The notes beneath the pieces were generated by a model. That model did no database searches, was not told the DNA's origin, and worked only from the letters and a program-made list of their open reading frames with translations. A stretch of DNA of 64,000 bases from Tubiluchus corallicola (lineage: Eukaryota > Animalia > Priapulida). Made by a program: the position numbers and the translations under genes. Of the stretch, positions 26,133 through 39,498 are shown one piece after another. The stretch covers positions 62,001 through 126,000 of the forward strand of contig JAQGDQ010000316.1 in the NCBI GenBank assembly GCA_030141605.1, given 5' to 3'. Numbering within the stretch: the first letter of the stretch is position 1; every line of letters begins with the position of its first letter.

Positions 26133-27865
26133 TTCTCTATCTTGATTAAAATTGCAAATTTAAATATGGCTAGAATTTCATTTTGGAAGTTTATTCAATG
26201 GCTATTAATTTACTTTTTGTAATTAGTTATTAAATGATATTCGTTTTTTTCCTTTGAGATGAGTAAATATCATTTACTAATATCAAGTTGATTAGCTGCT
26301 TCTTTTGAATGTTATGAATCTTTTTCCTGGTTTGACCTTCTAACGAACGCCATTTTGGAACAAATTTTAAAACCAGTAAAATGATTCTGAACTGTGATAT
26401 GATAATAGAAAAAACACAACTGCTCTTGGCATTGGTCTTGTGTAAAAATTTATAATTTTGGAAAGATGAGACACGTGATGTTGTGTGCCTCCAAATGCCC
26501 CTACTAATGTGAAAAGTTGCAAATTAGTTTGGTGAAACGTTTTTTCTGGACAACCCTGTATTAGAACATTTTGGTTTTGCTTTGCATTCCTTCTAGCTGT
26601 TCAATTCTGTAGGTCCGACATAAAAGAATTCACTGACATTTGAAAAATTTGGATTTTTTAAGTTTTCGTTGCTTTATTAATGAATAACATTTAATGATAA
26701 TAGGTGTATTTTGTAGAATAGGTAGATTAGCATTAGCATATTTTTCCTGCCTTAACGTCTCGTTCTACCACGTTTTGGAGTAATTTTAGTAAATTTTAAA
26801 TGCAGTGAATGAAGTACTGTAAATTGGCACTTAGTAGGTTTGTAAGGGTCTTGGAGAATTTGCTTTGGAAAAAAGAAACTATGCTATAAGATTGTGTGTA
26901 TTAGTATTTTGAATGCGTGTTCCTTAATGAAATATTATGAGTTTGTTTTGGTGGCACGTTTTTTCTGCACCAACTTGTATCAGGATGTATTTGATAGTCG
27001 TGCAGAAAATACATCTATAGAAATACATTTAGTATTGATGCTTGCATTTTTTCTTCCTACTCAAGTAAATGACACAAAAGCTTCGTTAATTCTGTGACTG
27101 CATCATAAAAGTGGCGTTCTGTCAACTATTTTTTTTGCAAAATTTTAGTGGCATTTTTATTTAGTGTTAATTACTCATTAATTGATTATCATTCTCTTCC
27201 TTTTTGACAAGGCGTTTAACAACTTGATATTTAACAACTTGATTTTTTCCCACAAATATGGAAATTGATTATTAATTACTGAACGATTACTGACCATGGA
27301 ACGTTTGCTAAAAAGGTTTCTACTATGTTGTTCCTGGTTCCGGCCGAAGTAACATTCTTGAATATACTGCAGCACTCTTGTTTGGAGGTGCAAAACTGAT
27401 TGTAATGATTATTGTATCCTTTCCAGGCTCTTTCCTAATTCTGAATTCCTCATCTTGCATAAACTGGTTGTCTTGGAATTGGTCTGCTATCAGCTAATCA
27501 CTGAACAATTTACTTCAGGCAAGATACTTATGTACAACTCACAAGAAATGTTCAAAAACTGACAATTTTTGTATTTTTCGGTAATTATAATTCTTCATGT
27601 AATTTTTATCTAGTAACTTTGTCTGGTACCCTGTAAGTTTAAATCAGCTTTCACTAGAAAACGGGTTTTATGTAATTGTCAAGACGTTTTAGCTAGGACA
27701 ATTCTCTTAAATTGAATATGCAGTTTTTTATGTATATCCACCTTTAACCCCCAAGGTAAATATCTAGACACAATTTCAGCAACATAGCCTTCATATTTTT
27801 ATTACACTCACCTTTAGTGCCTAAGCTTTATTACTAGAGACAGCGTCACAAGCATAAACTCCAAA

Positions 27866-28784
27866 AATCAGTTTACTGCAGTCACCCATCTGTTACAATG
27901 CAATTCCAGGTTGCTTCACTATGAGCATCTAAAATCATACGCCACTTCTTCACGGCAATTTCTCTTCTGCTGAGATACCAACACACTGACAAGTCACGAG
28001 TAAGATGTAGTCTTGGTTATTTAAAAGTGCTGCATTTAAATTTGAAATAAAACTTTTCACTGTTTTTATTATCAGAATAATAGACAACTAAGATTTAAAA
28101 AGAAAGTTTAATTTGCTGCATTTTGAAAAGAAAGTGCACTTAATAAAGAAGAAGAAGCTTTGAAAAAAATCAGTTTTGTTGCCGTTTTAATAAACAGTAA
28201 GAGATAACTGAGTTATCATTAACCAATCATACGTTTTTGCATTTGGGAATGATTCAGGAATTGTCAAAAGTCGCTATGATTCCATACAGTCAAGATTCAA
28301 TTATGATTTTTTTTTTGTTTTTTAGGTTGTTTTGTCAGTTGTGAATTACTCGTCGTGATTGAGCTGTTTCTTTCTCTCTCAACTCTGTCAAGTTACATTT
28401 GGTAAGTTGTTAAAAAGTGATGAACAAACTTGAAAAATTTGTCATTTATGATTTAGTAGTTTCACTCTTTCTGAGAGTAAATAAATATTGATTACAGATA
28501 AAAGATGAATTCGTCCCTTTTTCACCTCTGTCTGTTTATCGCAATTTTGCTGAAATTTGACGGTGGTTCTAAACTAGGTAATAACATACAAAAGTCAAAA
28601 ATGACAATTTTTGAAACTTTATGCAGTTTGTGTCAATATTTACCATGTTTTATTTGTTATTATTCTTTGTATTACTATTGTTGTTAATATTATTATTATT
28701 ATTATTATCAACATCATCATCATCATTCATCATCGTCATCATTATCATCTTCATCTTCATCATCATTATCATTATTATTATTAT

Positions 28785-28819
<35 letters not shown>

Positions 28820-31745
28820 ATATCATCGTCATCATATCTATTATTTAAATTATTTGCATTTATAGCTTGCATCAGATTTAAATCCCAACTTCAACTTTGT
28901 ATTCCTAGAACTTCAAAATTCTATCATAACCCAGTTTTTTTACTTATTGTATTTCCTGTCTTTCAGTGTCTTACTGTTGACAAAAAATGTAGCATAAATT
29001 TCGATTCACTCTGTACTTCTGCAAATGGAGTCCCGTATAAAACCTATTTTGGGTTCACCTGCAGACAAATTGAATTACTGAGCTCAGGTTAGATTTTGTC
29101 TATTGTTCTTAATTTTTAGATTATGCAAAGTTTATGCTTTTAGCAAAGCTACATCCACAAGCCGCACATTACATTATCAAAGATCTTACTTAATTTACCA
29201 AGTTTCTAGATCAAGACAGATACATAATCTATAAAACAGTTATTTTTTATTAATGAGTCAGAAATTATTTAGCAGTCACAAATAAGGATGATTACGTATA
29301 CATATCATATCAGTATGTTCACACTGTCCCACATGCTTAATTGAAATTTGTAGCTATTTGTAGTCATGACATTTCTTAATACACGTGACTCTTTATGTCA
29401 ACAAAGAACAAATTTTAAGAAATGTCATGGCTACAAATAGCTTCCTTCCCAGAAACAATAACCACGTTTGTACGAAGATTAACTTGTCTATGTGAATCTT
29501 AATAACTTTGTAATATCAGCATAAGATGCAAATAAAGACGTGAAATGAAAGTGAAATATTGAGAGTTGATTGAATGATTTCTCTGTTGATTTTACGTTGT
29601 CATTACAGGTTTTTGTTTGATTTGAATCAATTTCCTAAGCAAGGATTTCAAAATGATGAAAATGATCAAACACCCAGACTATTAAATAAAGCATATTACA
29701 ACAATATCTTTTAACTTAAAATAATTTTTTTATTGTCTATAGGTGGCGTTGTCAGGTGTCAGGTTTATCCTGTAGGAATACTGCACTTGGGCAATTAGCA
29801 CGTCACGATTCTGAGAACAGGATAGATCTAAAAACGCTACGTTCTAAATGAGCAGGCGTGACTGAAGAATCTAGATTAAATAGACAACTACTTCGAGCAG
29901 CTAGAGATGGAGACATTCATGAAGTCCAGCGGTTGCTCACTAAAGGTGCTGACAGCAACTTCAAAGAAAATGGCTGGCATGGAGATACTGCTCTCATGAA
30001 AGCAGCTAGAATGTAGAATATAGAATGTAGTTCAGCTCTTACTAGATAGTGGAGCTGATATTAACATCAGTGGCAACTATGGATGGACTGCTCTCTTGTT
30101 CGCATCGACTAATGGGCACGTGAATGTAGTTCAGCTCTTACTAGATAGTGGAGCTGATATTAACATCAGTAACAAGTATGGAGAGACTGCTCTCATGTTG
30201 GCATCTGTTACTGGGCACTTGAATGTAGTTCAGCTCTTACTAGATATTGGAGCTGATATTAACATCAGTGGTGACAACTATGGAGAGACTGCTCTCATGT
30301 TGGCATCTATTGCTGGGCACTTGAATGTAGTTCAGCTCTTACTAGATAGGGGAGCTGATATTAACATTAGTAACAACTATGGAGTGACTGCTCTCATGTT
30401 GGCATCTATTGCTGGGCACTTGAATGTAGTTCAGCTCTTACTAGATAGGGGAGCTGATATTAACATTAGTAACAACCATGGAGTGACTGCTCTCATGTTG
30501 GCATCTATTAATGAGCACGGGAATGTAGTTCAGCTCTTACTCGGTGTTGATGCTGGTTCAACACTAGAAACATCAGAAGAATCATTGTAAATAATTGAAT
30601 AAGTTATGCCTTCACTGCTATGTGTTATGAGACGCTAGGATTACAACTGTTTCTGCTGAAGTAGATTTCCGGTACTGCTGAGGTAGATTTTAAATAATAT
30701 TAGAATATAGTGGACAGCATATAGAGAGGCTGACGGCACTGAACACTATTACATTACAATTAATAGTGTAAGAAAGTTCTCAGTCTAATGTAAAATTAAG
30801 ATTGATGTTTAGAGTAATGAACAAAATTGAGAATTTGAGAAAATTTTTTATTGTTTTGCATTGTAAATATTTTGCGAATTATACTGTGTGATTCATTTCT
30901 TATGTTTTTTTTGTAACAACAAAATAACAACGTAATAATCACGACATTAAACAATTATTAAATTTATTGTAGCTGGTACTAAATTAGTGTTGTTTCCTTT
31001 TATATAGTTTATTCTGGTATCTTGTGAAACTACAATGTGAACCTACTCCACAATTACGTAAATAATTTTTAAATTTATAAATGAAACGTGTTTATGATTG
31101 ATGAATTACAGAAAACACTCTCACTTTATTGAATGTTTGAGTTGCGATCACGTAAACACTTAGACCACTCAGTTACTTGCCAGGTTTAATATTGTAACAA
31201 TATTTAATATTATAATATATAACACAATATATAGTAAACTGTAACTCTAGAAAATATAAAAACCTGCTTTAGTCACAAGAAACAAGTGTAGTTTACTGAT
31301 TAAATAATTTGAGTTTGTATTTCGAGGTCTTTGGTTCAAATCCAGCTTAATGTCCGATCTTTTAGACGTTTCTATCTCTAGTCATATTTGAAGTAGTGAA
31401 TTTAATAAAAATATTTATTTCATCATTAAGCATAAAAGTAAAAAAAGGCAATCTAATGAATGTAACATTTATAACAGTTTCTTAAAAAGATCAACTTCTC
31501 AAAAAAATTCTAAAATTAAAGTTCAAGAATCTGTCAGATTCGCAAGTTTATTTTACTCCATTGCTCGCTGCATTTCATAATGACTTTTGCTCAGTGAATA
31601 CAATGACTTCAAGTAGTTTACTGCTGCCACCTCGCGCATAACACACGACACTCATGTGACTACAAGTTTTGAGACTGAGAGCTGCTGCCCTCTGTCGCGC
31701 ACAAAAAGAAAGAAATGGAAATACAAGTAAAAATGTTGCTTTAGT
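27866..31745 (+). repeat. Segmental duplication copy 2 (paralog of 7421-10421)
   Basis: Same colinear similarity; carries more than 1 kb extra (from 29030) that is absent from copy 1. Confidence 0.92.
29848..30590 (+). pseudogene. Ankyrin-repeat gene copy 2 (N-cap + 6 repeats), frame-disrupted
   Basis: ATG at 29848 is one base out of frame with AGVTEESRLNRQLLRAARDGDIHEVQRLLTKGAD...; in-frame TAG at 30014 and a frameshift before NVVQLLLD; intact repeats then run to the stop at 30590. Confidence 0.75.
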
Positions 31746-31839
31746 CGAAAAACGCGATGAGCATTCTTTTGTTTCCACCTCTCTCTTTCCTTCTCCCTCT
31801 CTCTTTCTTCTCTTCTCTCTTTTTCTCTTTCAATCTCTT

Positions 31840-31884
<45 letters not shown>

Positions 31885-34800
31885 ATTTTCTGTTTAAAAT
31901 TGGATACATGCATGAAAATTCCTGTATATGTTAAGAGGAAGCACAAACAGATGAACATTATTTTGCTTTTTAATTGCAGTCTGGTAGATGAAAATAAAAG
32001 ATTAGCGCTCGCAAATATCCTACAATCTCAGAACATTAGTAAAATTTACACCTCTCGTGACAAAAAACAGGTTAGATGCTTTCACTGAGTTAGATTGTGA
32101 TCCGTTTTGCAAACTTTAGTATAAAATATTAAACTTTGCGTAACAGAACAAATGTATAGACATATTTTTCTGTTTCTAGTCACCTTTAGATTATACAAGT
32201 GGTTTTGTTTAAACTGGCGGTATTTGATATTTATTTGTTCTTTTATATTAATTTGAGGAACGAAATCCGTGATTTATTGGTATATTAAAGTTTTATGAAT
32301 GTAACAGTTACTTTTTACTTACAAAAGTTTTTGTAAATGTTAGATAACAATAGCCTACAAATAGAGGGTCTCTGTATTGTATATTTGTAAATATTGTACA
32401 TGTGTGTAATTTTAAATAAAGAATTATAAATCAATAATAATCTCTCTGTCTCGCTCTTCTCTTCTCTCTCTCTCCCTCTTTCTCTTTCTCTCTCTCTTTC
32501 TTTCTCTCTCCCTCTTTCTCTCCATCTCTCTCTCTTTCTTTCTTTTTACTTGCAAAAGGGTAATACTCTCACTCTCTTCTAGTTACTCTCCTCAGAGATC
32601 CCTTTTTCTTATTAAACGCTTTACATGTTACATGCCGCCTCCTTTGAAATGAAGCTAAACAGAAAAACAGAAAAAAACACACACGTCCTAGAAAAAACAA
32701 TGAATGAAGTAAAACTCGAGTGATTTCATCAAACTTCTGTAGGTTTTGCAAATAAAATTCATGGATTTTCACAGAGAACATTTATTCGTGCGTAAAGTTA
32801 AAAAAAACAAAAATGTTACGTGTTCTACATTTCACAGAGAACAGTAAATTTACACGAACTTCTGATGTTAACTAAACGGACCCCAGGGGTGGGTTTACCC
32901 CGCTGTTTGTTTTACACACACTTTTCTGTAGTCTCTTCTTTGTAATCCACAGCAGAAAGGAAAGACAATGACACTTCTTCCCCGAGGCAGATGGGCTGGA
33001 GGCGACCCCTCTAGCTAATTACCTAAGATTAAACACTAGAGATGAGGTGCTGAGGTGATTTGACGGTCTGGATCAAAGTGTTTCATGTGCTATTGACCAC
33101 CGGTCAAATAATAATTGGTCAAAGAGTTTACAGCAAGAAATTTTCCAACCGGTGAGAGAATATCTTCTTAACTAAAAAGAAAGAAACTTTGAATTCGAAG
33201 TTGAAAAATCTTATTTCATAAAAACACACCAAAAACGACACGTTAAAATGGGAAATAGTACGAAAAATTTTAAAATCATTAAACAAAGTTAGGCGCAATT
33301 ATGACGTTGTTACAAATTAGAAAAAAATGAAACAATTTCTGAGTACATAAATTATTTTGTCCTAAACTGTGCAGACCGTGTTAAGGTAGGACAATCTAGT
33401 ATTATAAAAATTAATACTTTTATTAAACAATGATTCCAAAGATTTTCTTTATTGCTTCAGTATACGATCATTCCATTATTTTTGAAGATTATCGCTTACA
33501 GTTGATTACAATTGTCAAAATTGAGAGTACTCCAAGACATGTTTTGTTTAATAAAAGTATTAAATCTTTAAAATATAAAATTTTACATATTTTATAGTAA
33601 ATAACATTGTAAAAAAAGTTTGAAAAATGTTTTTGCACTTATAAAATATCTTGCTGTTTGCATTTTCCTAAAAGTAGACAGATAAACTAGACTTAAGATA
33701 TAAAAAATGTGCATCAGATTAACTTTGGCAGAAGTGACACAGGCAAACTTAATTTGTACAATAAATTATGTCTCTGAGCCAAATTAAGATAATAGATCAA
33801 GTTATTAAATATTAGATCGAATTTTATTAATATGAAAACGTAACAGTTAGAAAGTTTGATTAAGACAATTTTCTAGCCAAAATTTAGAACAGCAAAATTT
33901 TGTAGCACAAGAAAACCCTCCACATTCGTCTTGAAATTTATTACTTCTTACATCTGCCTTTTTGTATGCAGGCTTGCGTCGTCAGTAATGTTGTATAAAA
34001 CTTGTAAATTTAAACTCGCACGACGACCGCTAGTCGTAACAATTTTAATAGTAGGTCGTTTACAACAACCTACAAGTTTACAAGTTTAGATATCATTGAG
34101 TAAAGTTTGAAAAAAGTCAGAGCATTCTTAACACACATGCTACTAGCCAAGTAAAGTTCTAAATTACTGTATCTTGTCAATGAGATTAAAACTACTTTTT
34201 CTGGTTAGTGAGTGGCGCACCCTAAATTGGAACGAACATTTTAAATTACTATTTCTAGTTACATAAGTCTCAACAGCAGATAAGAGAAATGCTAAGTAAT
34301 ATAGATTTGCACGGAAAGTTTTTGGGACATAATTTAACATTGCCTTTTCTTCCCCTGATTTACGTTTGCATGGTGTCATCATATAACAGTATTGCGGTAG
34401 ATTTAAAATGAAAACAAAAATTCCTTTCCACGCGCATCTGATATTTGCATAAAATTGTTTTAAAGTAATAAAATTATTTAAGAAGATTTTCTGAAACCTA
34501 CTCCAGATACCACTTTTCGTGTTCTTTGTGGAGTTTTTTGGATCATCTTTGTGAATCCGTCCAGCTACATCAGTCCAGCAGCTGATAATTCCGTTGCAGT
34601 GACCGGGTTTTACTCGTCGAATTCCCGTCGATTTGTTTTGAAATCGGTGCGTCTTTCGTCTCGACTCTCTCCACTGTATATATACGTGTTTGTTTAATTT
34701 TGCACAAGTGTCAGCGAGGATTAGAGAGAGAGCACCACCCTCCGCGTGGCGGCGCTACGATCACCTTTAGCAATGACAATGGTTACACTGCCTGTCTTGG

Positions 34801-35698
34801 CTACAGTGACTAACTGTTACTGTAATCTCATTTATAAATTTACTTCAAACAAGGTAACAGTTTTATTTCCAACTGAAAAATAGTCTAAAATTTCATATCA
34901 CACTAAGGTTCTCAGAGACTTCGGAAAAATGTTGCAAGAGAAACACCCCTTATTGCTTACTTCAAGATGTATACGCCACACGCCCGCACACTGAAGCCTG
35001 AAGCAAACTGTAGAATTAGAAACCTAAATAAACAATTATTAGATGGCACTTCACTAAATAATCGCTTTTTATTGGTCAGATCTTGTTTTTTCTGATGAAT
35101 AGGTGAGTCCGCACACGGAGTAAGATGAGAGAAAATTATGTTTTTTTGATAAAAAATCTGTGTGCAACAAACTTGGTAAAACAGCATTTTTTAAACTCGT
35201 AGACCCGGAGAAATCTTTGCTTGACAAAACGTTTTTGACAGATTTTGCATGTTCTTAAACGATGGACATTAGGCAATATCAAACCCGATCTGTAAATAGA
35301 TAGGTGCCATGCTACGCTCTACTGCTTCTCGTTTTGTCAAAGCCCCTGCAATAGAACGTAGTCAAAACACTTTTGCTGATGCAATACTTCGTGTCAAAAA
35401 TAGCTAAGATCCAGTCCTGCCACATGTTGTCACCGAGTACTGGGTACTTTCTTGCTGTGTGTCTTAATAAAGTGTAAAAATAAAATTTCTTTGTAGAACA
35501 AAAAATTTAAATTAAATAATGAATAATATTAAATCATGATAAATCACAAATGTTATAATTATCACAATTTAAATGTCTTATTTTGTGAACTTTTGTCACG
35601 AATAATTTAGCTACTTTAGTTTCCAAAAATGAGTAGTTGAGTTATAGCAATGAAACAACAACAACAACGACGACGATTACAAGTTTTTGTTTTTGTGT

Positions 35699-36274
35699 AG
35701 GAATGAAAATTATGATTGCATCAAATGATACGTGCCAGTCCTTTTAGATAGTAGTCTTTTCCAGTTGTACAAGTTTTACTTTTGTATTGGAATGAAAATT
35801 ATGATTGCACCAATTGAAACATGCCAGTCCTTCTAGATAGTAGTCTTTTCCAGTTGTACAATTTTACTTTTGTATTGGAATGAAAATTATGATTGCACCA
35901 ATTGACACGTGCCAGTCCTGCTAGATAGTAGTCTTTTCCAGTTGTACAAGTTTTACTTTTGTATTGGAATGAAAATTATGATTGCACCAATTGACACGTG
36001 CCAGTCCTGCTAGATAGTAGTCTTTTCCAGTTGTACAAGTTTTACTTTTGTATTGGAATGAAAATTATGATTGCACCAATTGACACGTGCCAGTCCTTCT
36101 AGATGTAGTCTTTTCCAGTTGTACAAGTTTTACTTTTATATTGGAATGAAAATTATGATTGCACCATTTGACACGTGCCAGTCCTTCTAGATAGTAGTCT
36201 TTTCCAGTTGTACAGTTTTACTTTTGTATTGGAATGAAAAATATGATTGCACCAATTGAAACGTGCCAGTCCTT
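35699..36274. repeat. 89-bp satellite, block 1 (~6.5 copies)
   Basis: Unit CTAGATAGTAGTCTTTTCCAGTTGTACAAGTTTTACTTTTGTATTGGAATGAAAATTATGATTGCACCAATTGAAACGTGCCAGTCCTT. Confidence 0.95.
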
Positions 36275-38239
36275 GAAATATTCTGTACACCCTCGAGTCC
36301 AGCCAGGGCAGAACTTATCATATACTGGTACTGTTCGCTTGCAGAATTGACCCCAAACAGAAGTCGTTTGTATCGATATAGTCCTGAGTGTACCACAAAG
36401 GTTGTTATCTCACGCGATTTTTCAGATAATTCAAGTTGGTGATACCCCCATTTTAGGTCTAGTTTGCTAAATACCTTTGAACCATTCATGTTTTGCAGTA
36501 CTTCATCAACTGTCGGAATCGGATGACGTCCTCTGATAATTGCTTCATTTGCACAGCGCATATCAACACATAACCGGATGTCACCTTTGTCCTTTGGTGC
36601 AACTACTACAGGGTTGACCCAAGGGGTTGGACCATCTACCGGTTCAATGATATCTAAATTTAAAAGTTCCTGGATCTTCTCCTCAACTTTGCCCCTTAAA
36701 TTGAAAGTTCTCCTTAACGGTTGTGCAACAGGCGTTACTGTTTCATCAATGTGCAACTCCACCTGCCTGGTTTTGAGCTTGCCAACACCTTGAAACACTT
36801 CTGGAAATTTTGTTTTCAAACTGTTAAGTGTTAATTTTTCACTACTCACGGCAGCAACTTCGGTGCCAATTTTCAGTACTCCCAATTTTGTCGCAGTTTC
36901 CTCACCCAACAATGGAATACCTTCACCATGGATTACAACAAATTCAGCATCTGTCCATTTTTGACCAGTTTTAACTTTACATGTGAATGTGCCTTTAATC
37001 GATAGAGGCTCCTTTGAAGCATAGGTATACAGCTTTTTTCCAGATGAAGCCACACATGATTTGCATTTTATTTTATTTCGCTTTAAGTTTTCCCACGTCT
37101 TTTCATCAATGAGATTGCAAGTAGCACCAGAGTCTACCATTGCCTCCATGTCTACACCACCTGCATTGACAGTTATCATGTTTGTTTTCAGGCGATCTTG
37201 TACTACAAAAACATAGTAACAGTTTTCATCATCCGAATCATTTTTCACTTGATTAACATTAGCATATTTGGTCCCAGTTTTATTCAACTTATTTAATTTA
37301 GTCTTGCATACCTTGGCAAAATGATCTCTGCCAGCACACTTTTTGCATGTTTGACCTTTGGCTGGGCAATTTGGGTCACGTCCGTAATGATCGAGCGATC
37401 CACATCTGTTGCAGGCTCCAGAATTTTTCTTCTTTCCTGGTGAGTTATGTTGTGCAAATTTTCGCGACTTCGCATAATTATGTTTTTTGCTGCGCACTAG
37501 ATTGCAACTGTCTTTTTCAGCGGAATTTGGAGTTCCCACTAATGATCTCATCTGGGATTCAACTTTCTCACATTTATTTGCAATATCTAACACATTAGCA
37601 AGCGTTAAGTCTTGATCAGATTCTAATAACTTACGACGAATGTAATCCGAATTACACTTACACAGCACAGCGTCACGAATCTGATTGTCTGAATCACCGC
37701 CGAATTCGCAATCACGTGCCGCAGTCCGTAGACGAGTAACAAACTGTAGTACAGTCTCTCCTTGTTTCTGGTTTAACTGATGAAAAGTCTGTCGAGCGAA
37801 TGCTGGATTAATTTGCGGTACAAAATATGTGTTTAAAGCATTCACTGCCGCAACATAGTCGTTGGCTTCACCTGTGTTTGGCAATGTGCGAAAGATCTCT
37901 TGAACATCGGTGCCAGCTAAATGCAACAAAAGCGCACGTCTCTGCTGTCGTACAGCTGCAGCAGCGTTTTCTCCAACGATGTGACCTTTGCCGTCCGCAT
38001 ACAGTTCAAATGACGTCAGCCACCTTTGCCAGCGCGTGCCCAAAGTTGCTGGGTCAGACAGGCAATCAAATTTTGGAATAACAGTTTTTTCCATTTTAAC
38101 AATAGATGACTAACTTACGGTTTCTGTGGTTTACAGCAGACAGGTCTCGGTTTCTTCATAAACTCGTCGCCACTGTTATATTTGTACTTCTTTAGTTGTT
38201 AATGCATTAGGAGTTGCTTCAACTGCAATGAATTGTACA
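36275..38239 (-). mobile_element. Ty3/Gypsy (Mag-like) LTR retrotransposon fragment, copy 1: LTR tip, PBS, gag-PR-partial RT
   Basis: ORF from ATG 38094 with two CCHC knuckles, protease VDSGAT and RT motifs LCVDMR, KLDLKWGYHQ, RLLFG; cut at GVQNIS before the expected catalytic DD; PBS TGGCGACGAG at 38172-38163. Confidence 0.95.
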
Positions 38240-39129
38240 CTAGATAGTAGTCTTTTCCAGTTGTACAATTTTACTTTTGTATTGGAATGAAAAATATGAT
38301 TGCACCAATTGAAACGTGCCAGTCCTTCTAGATAGTAGTCTGTTCCAGTTGTACAAGTTTTACTTTTGTATTGGATTGAAAATTATGATTGCACCAATTG
38401 AAACGTGCCAGTCCTTCTAGATAGTAGTCTTTTCCAGTTGTACAAGTTTTACTTTTGCATTGGAATGAAAATTATGATTGCACCAATTGAAACGTGCCAG
38501 TCCTTCTAGATAGTAGTCTTTTCCAGTTGTACAAGTTTTACTTTTGCATTGGAATGAAAATTATGATTGCACCATTTGACACGTGCCAGTCCTTCTAGAT
38601 AGTAGTCTTTTCAAGTTGTACAGTTTTACTTTTGTATTGGAATGAAAAATATGATTGCACCAATTGAAACGTGCCAGTCCTGCTAGATAGTAGTCTTTTC
38701 CAGTTGTACAAGTTTTACTTTTGTATTGGAATGAAAATTATGATTGCACCAATTGACACGTGCCAGTCCTTCTAGATAGTAGTCTTTTCCAGTTGTACAA
38801 GTTTTACTTTTATATTGGAATGAAAATTATGATTGCACCATTTGACACGTGCCAGTCCTTCTAGATAGTAGTCTTTTCAAGTTGTACAGTTTTACTTTTG
38901 TATTGGAATGAAAAATATGATTGCACCAATTGAAACGTGCCAGTCCTTCTAGATAGTAGTCTTTTCCAGTTGTACAGTTTTACTTTTGTATTGGAATGAA
39001 AATTATGATTGCACCAATTGAAACATGCCAGTCCTTCTAGGTAGTAGTCTTTTCCAGTTGTACAGTTTTACTTTTGTATTGGAATGAAAAATATGATTGC
39101 ACCAATTGAAACGTGCCAGTCCTTCTAGA
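38240..39129. repeat. 89-bp satellite, block 2 (~10 copies)
   Basis: Same unit as block 1. Confidence 0.95.
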
Positions 39130-39493
39130 TGTCATGTATTGATAATATTGCGTATGAATACCATAGTAGTGCGGATGGTTATAAGTTGTTGTTCGGTTTA
39201 TGGCCGCGAGGCATGATAGATTAAACTTGTTTCTTATTAGATAAAAGAAGCCCATTTCGTGTTTAAAATAATAAAGAAGTACAAATATAACAGTGGCGAC
39301 GAGGATGGGATTGTCATGTATTGATAATATTGCGTATGAATACCATAGTAGTGCGGATGGTTATAAGTTGTTGTTCGGTTTATGGCCGCGAGGCATGATA
39401 GATTAAACTTGTTTCTTATTAGATAAAAGAAGCCCATTTCGTGTTTAAAATAATAAAGAAGTACAAATATAACAGTGGCGACGAGGATGGGAT
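39130..39493 (+). mobile_element. Two tandem 163-bp LTRs, each followed by G plus an 18-nt tRNA-complementary tract
   Basis: TG...CA units 39130-39292 and 39312-39474 (apparently identical, AATAAA near the 3' end); the last 21 nt match the LTR tip next to the Gypsy PBS; each is followed by TGGCGACGAGGATGGGAT. Confidence 0.9.
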
Positions 39494-39498
39494 CTAGA

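Noticed and set aside
26535-26560. Mariner-like terminus (...GGACAACCCTG|TA)
   Set aside because: Partner TIR not found.
33411-33564. 20-bp AT-rich inverted repeat
   Set aside because: Low complexity and no clear TSD.
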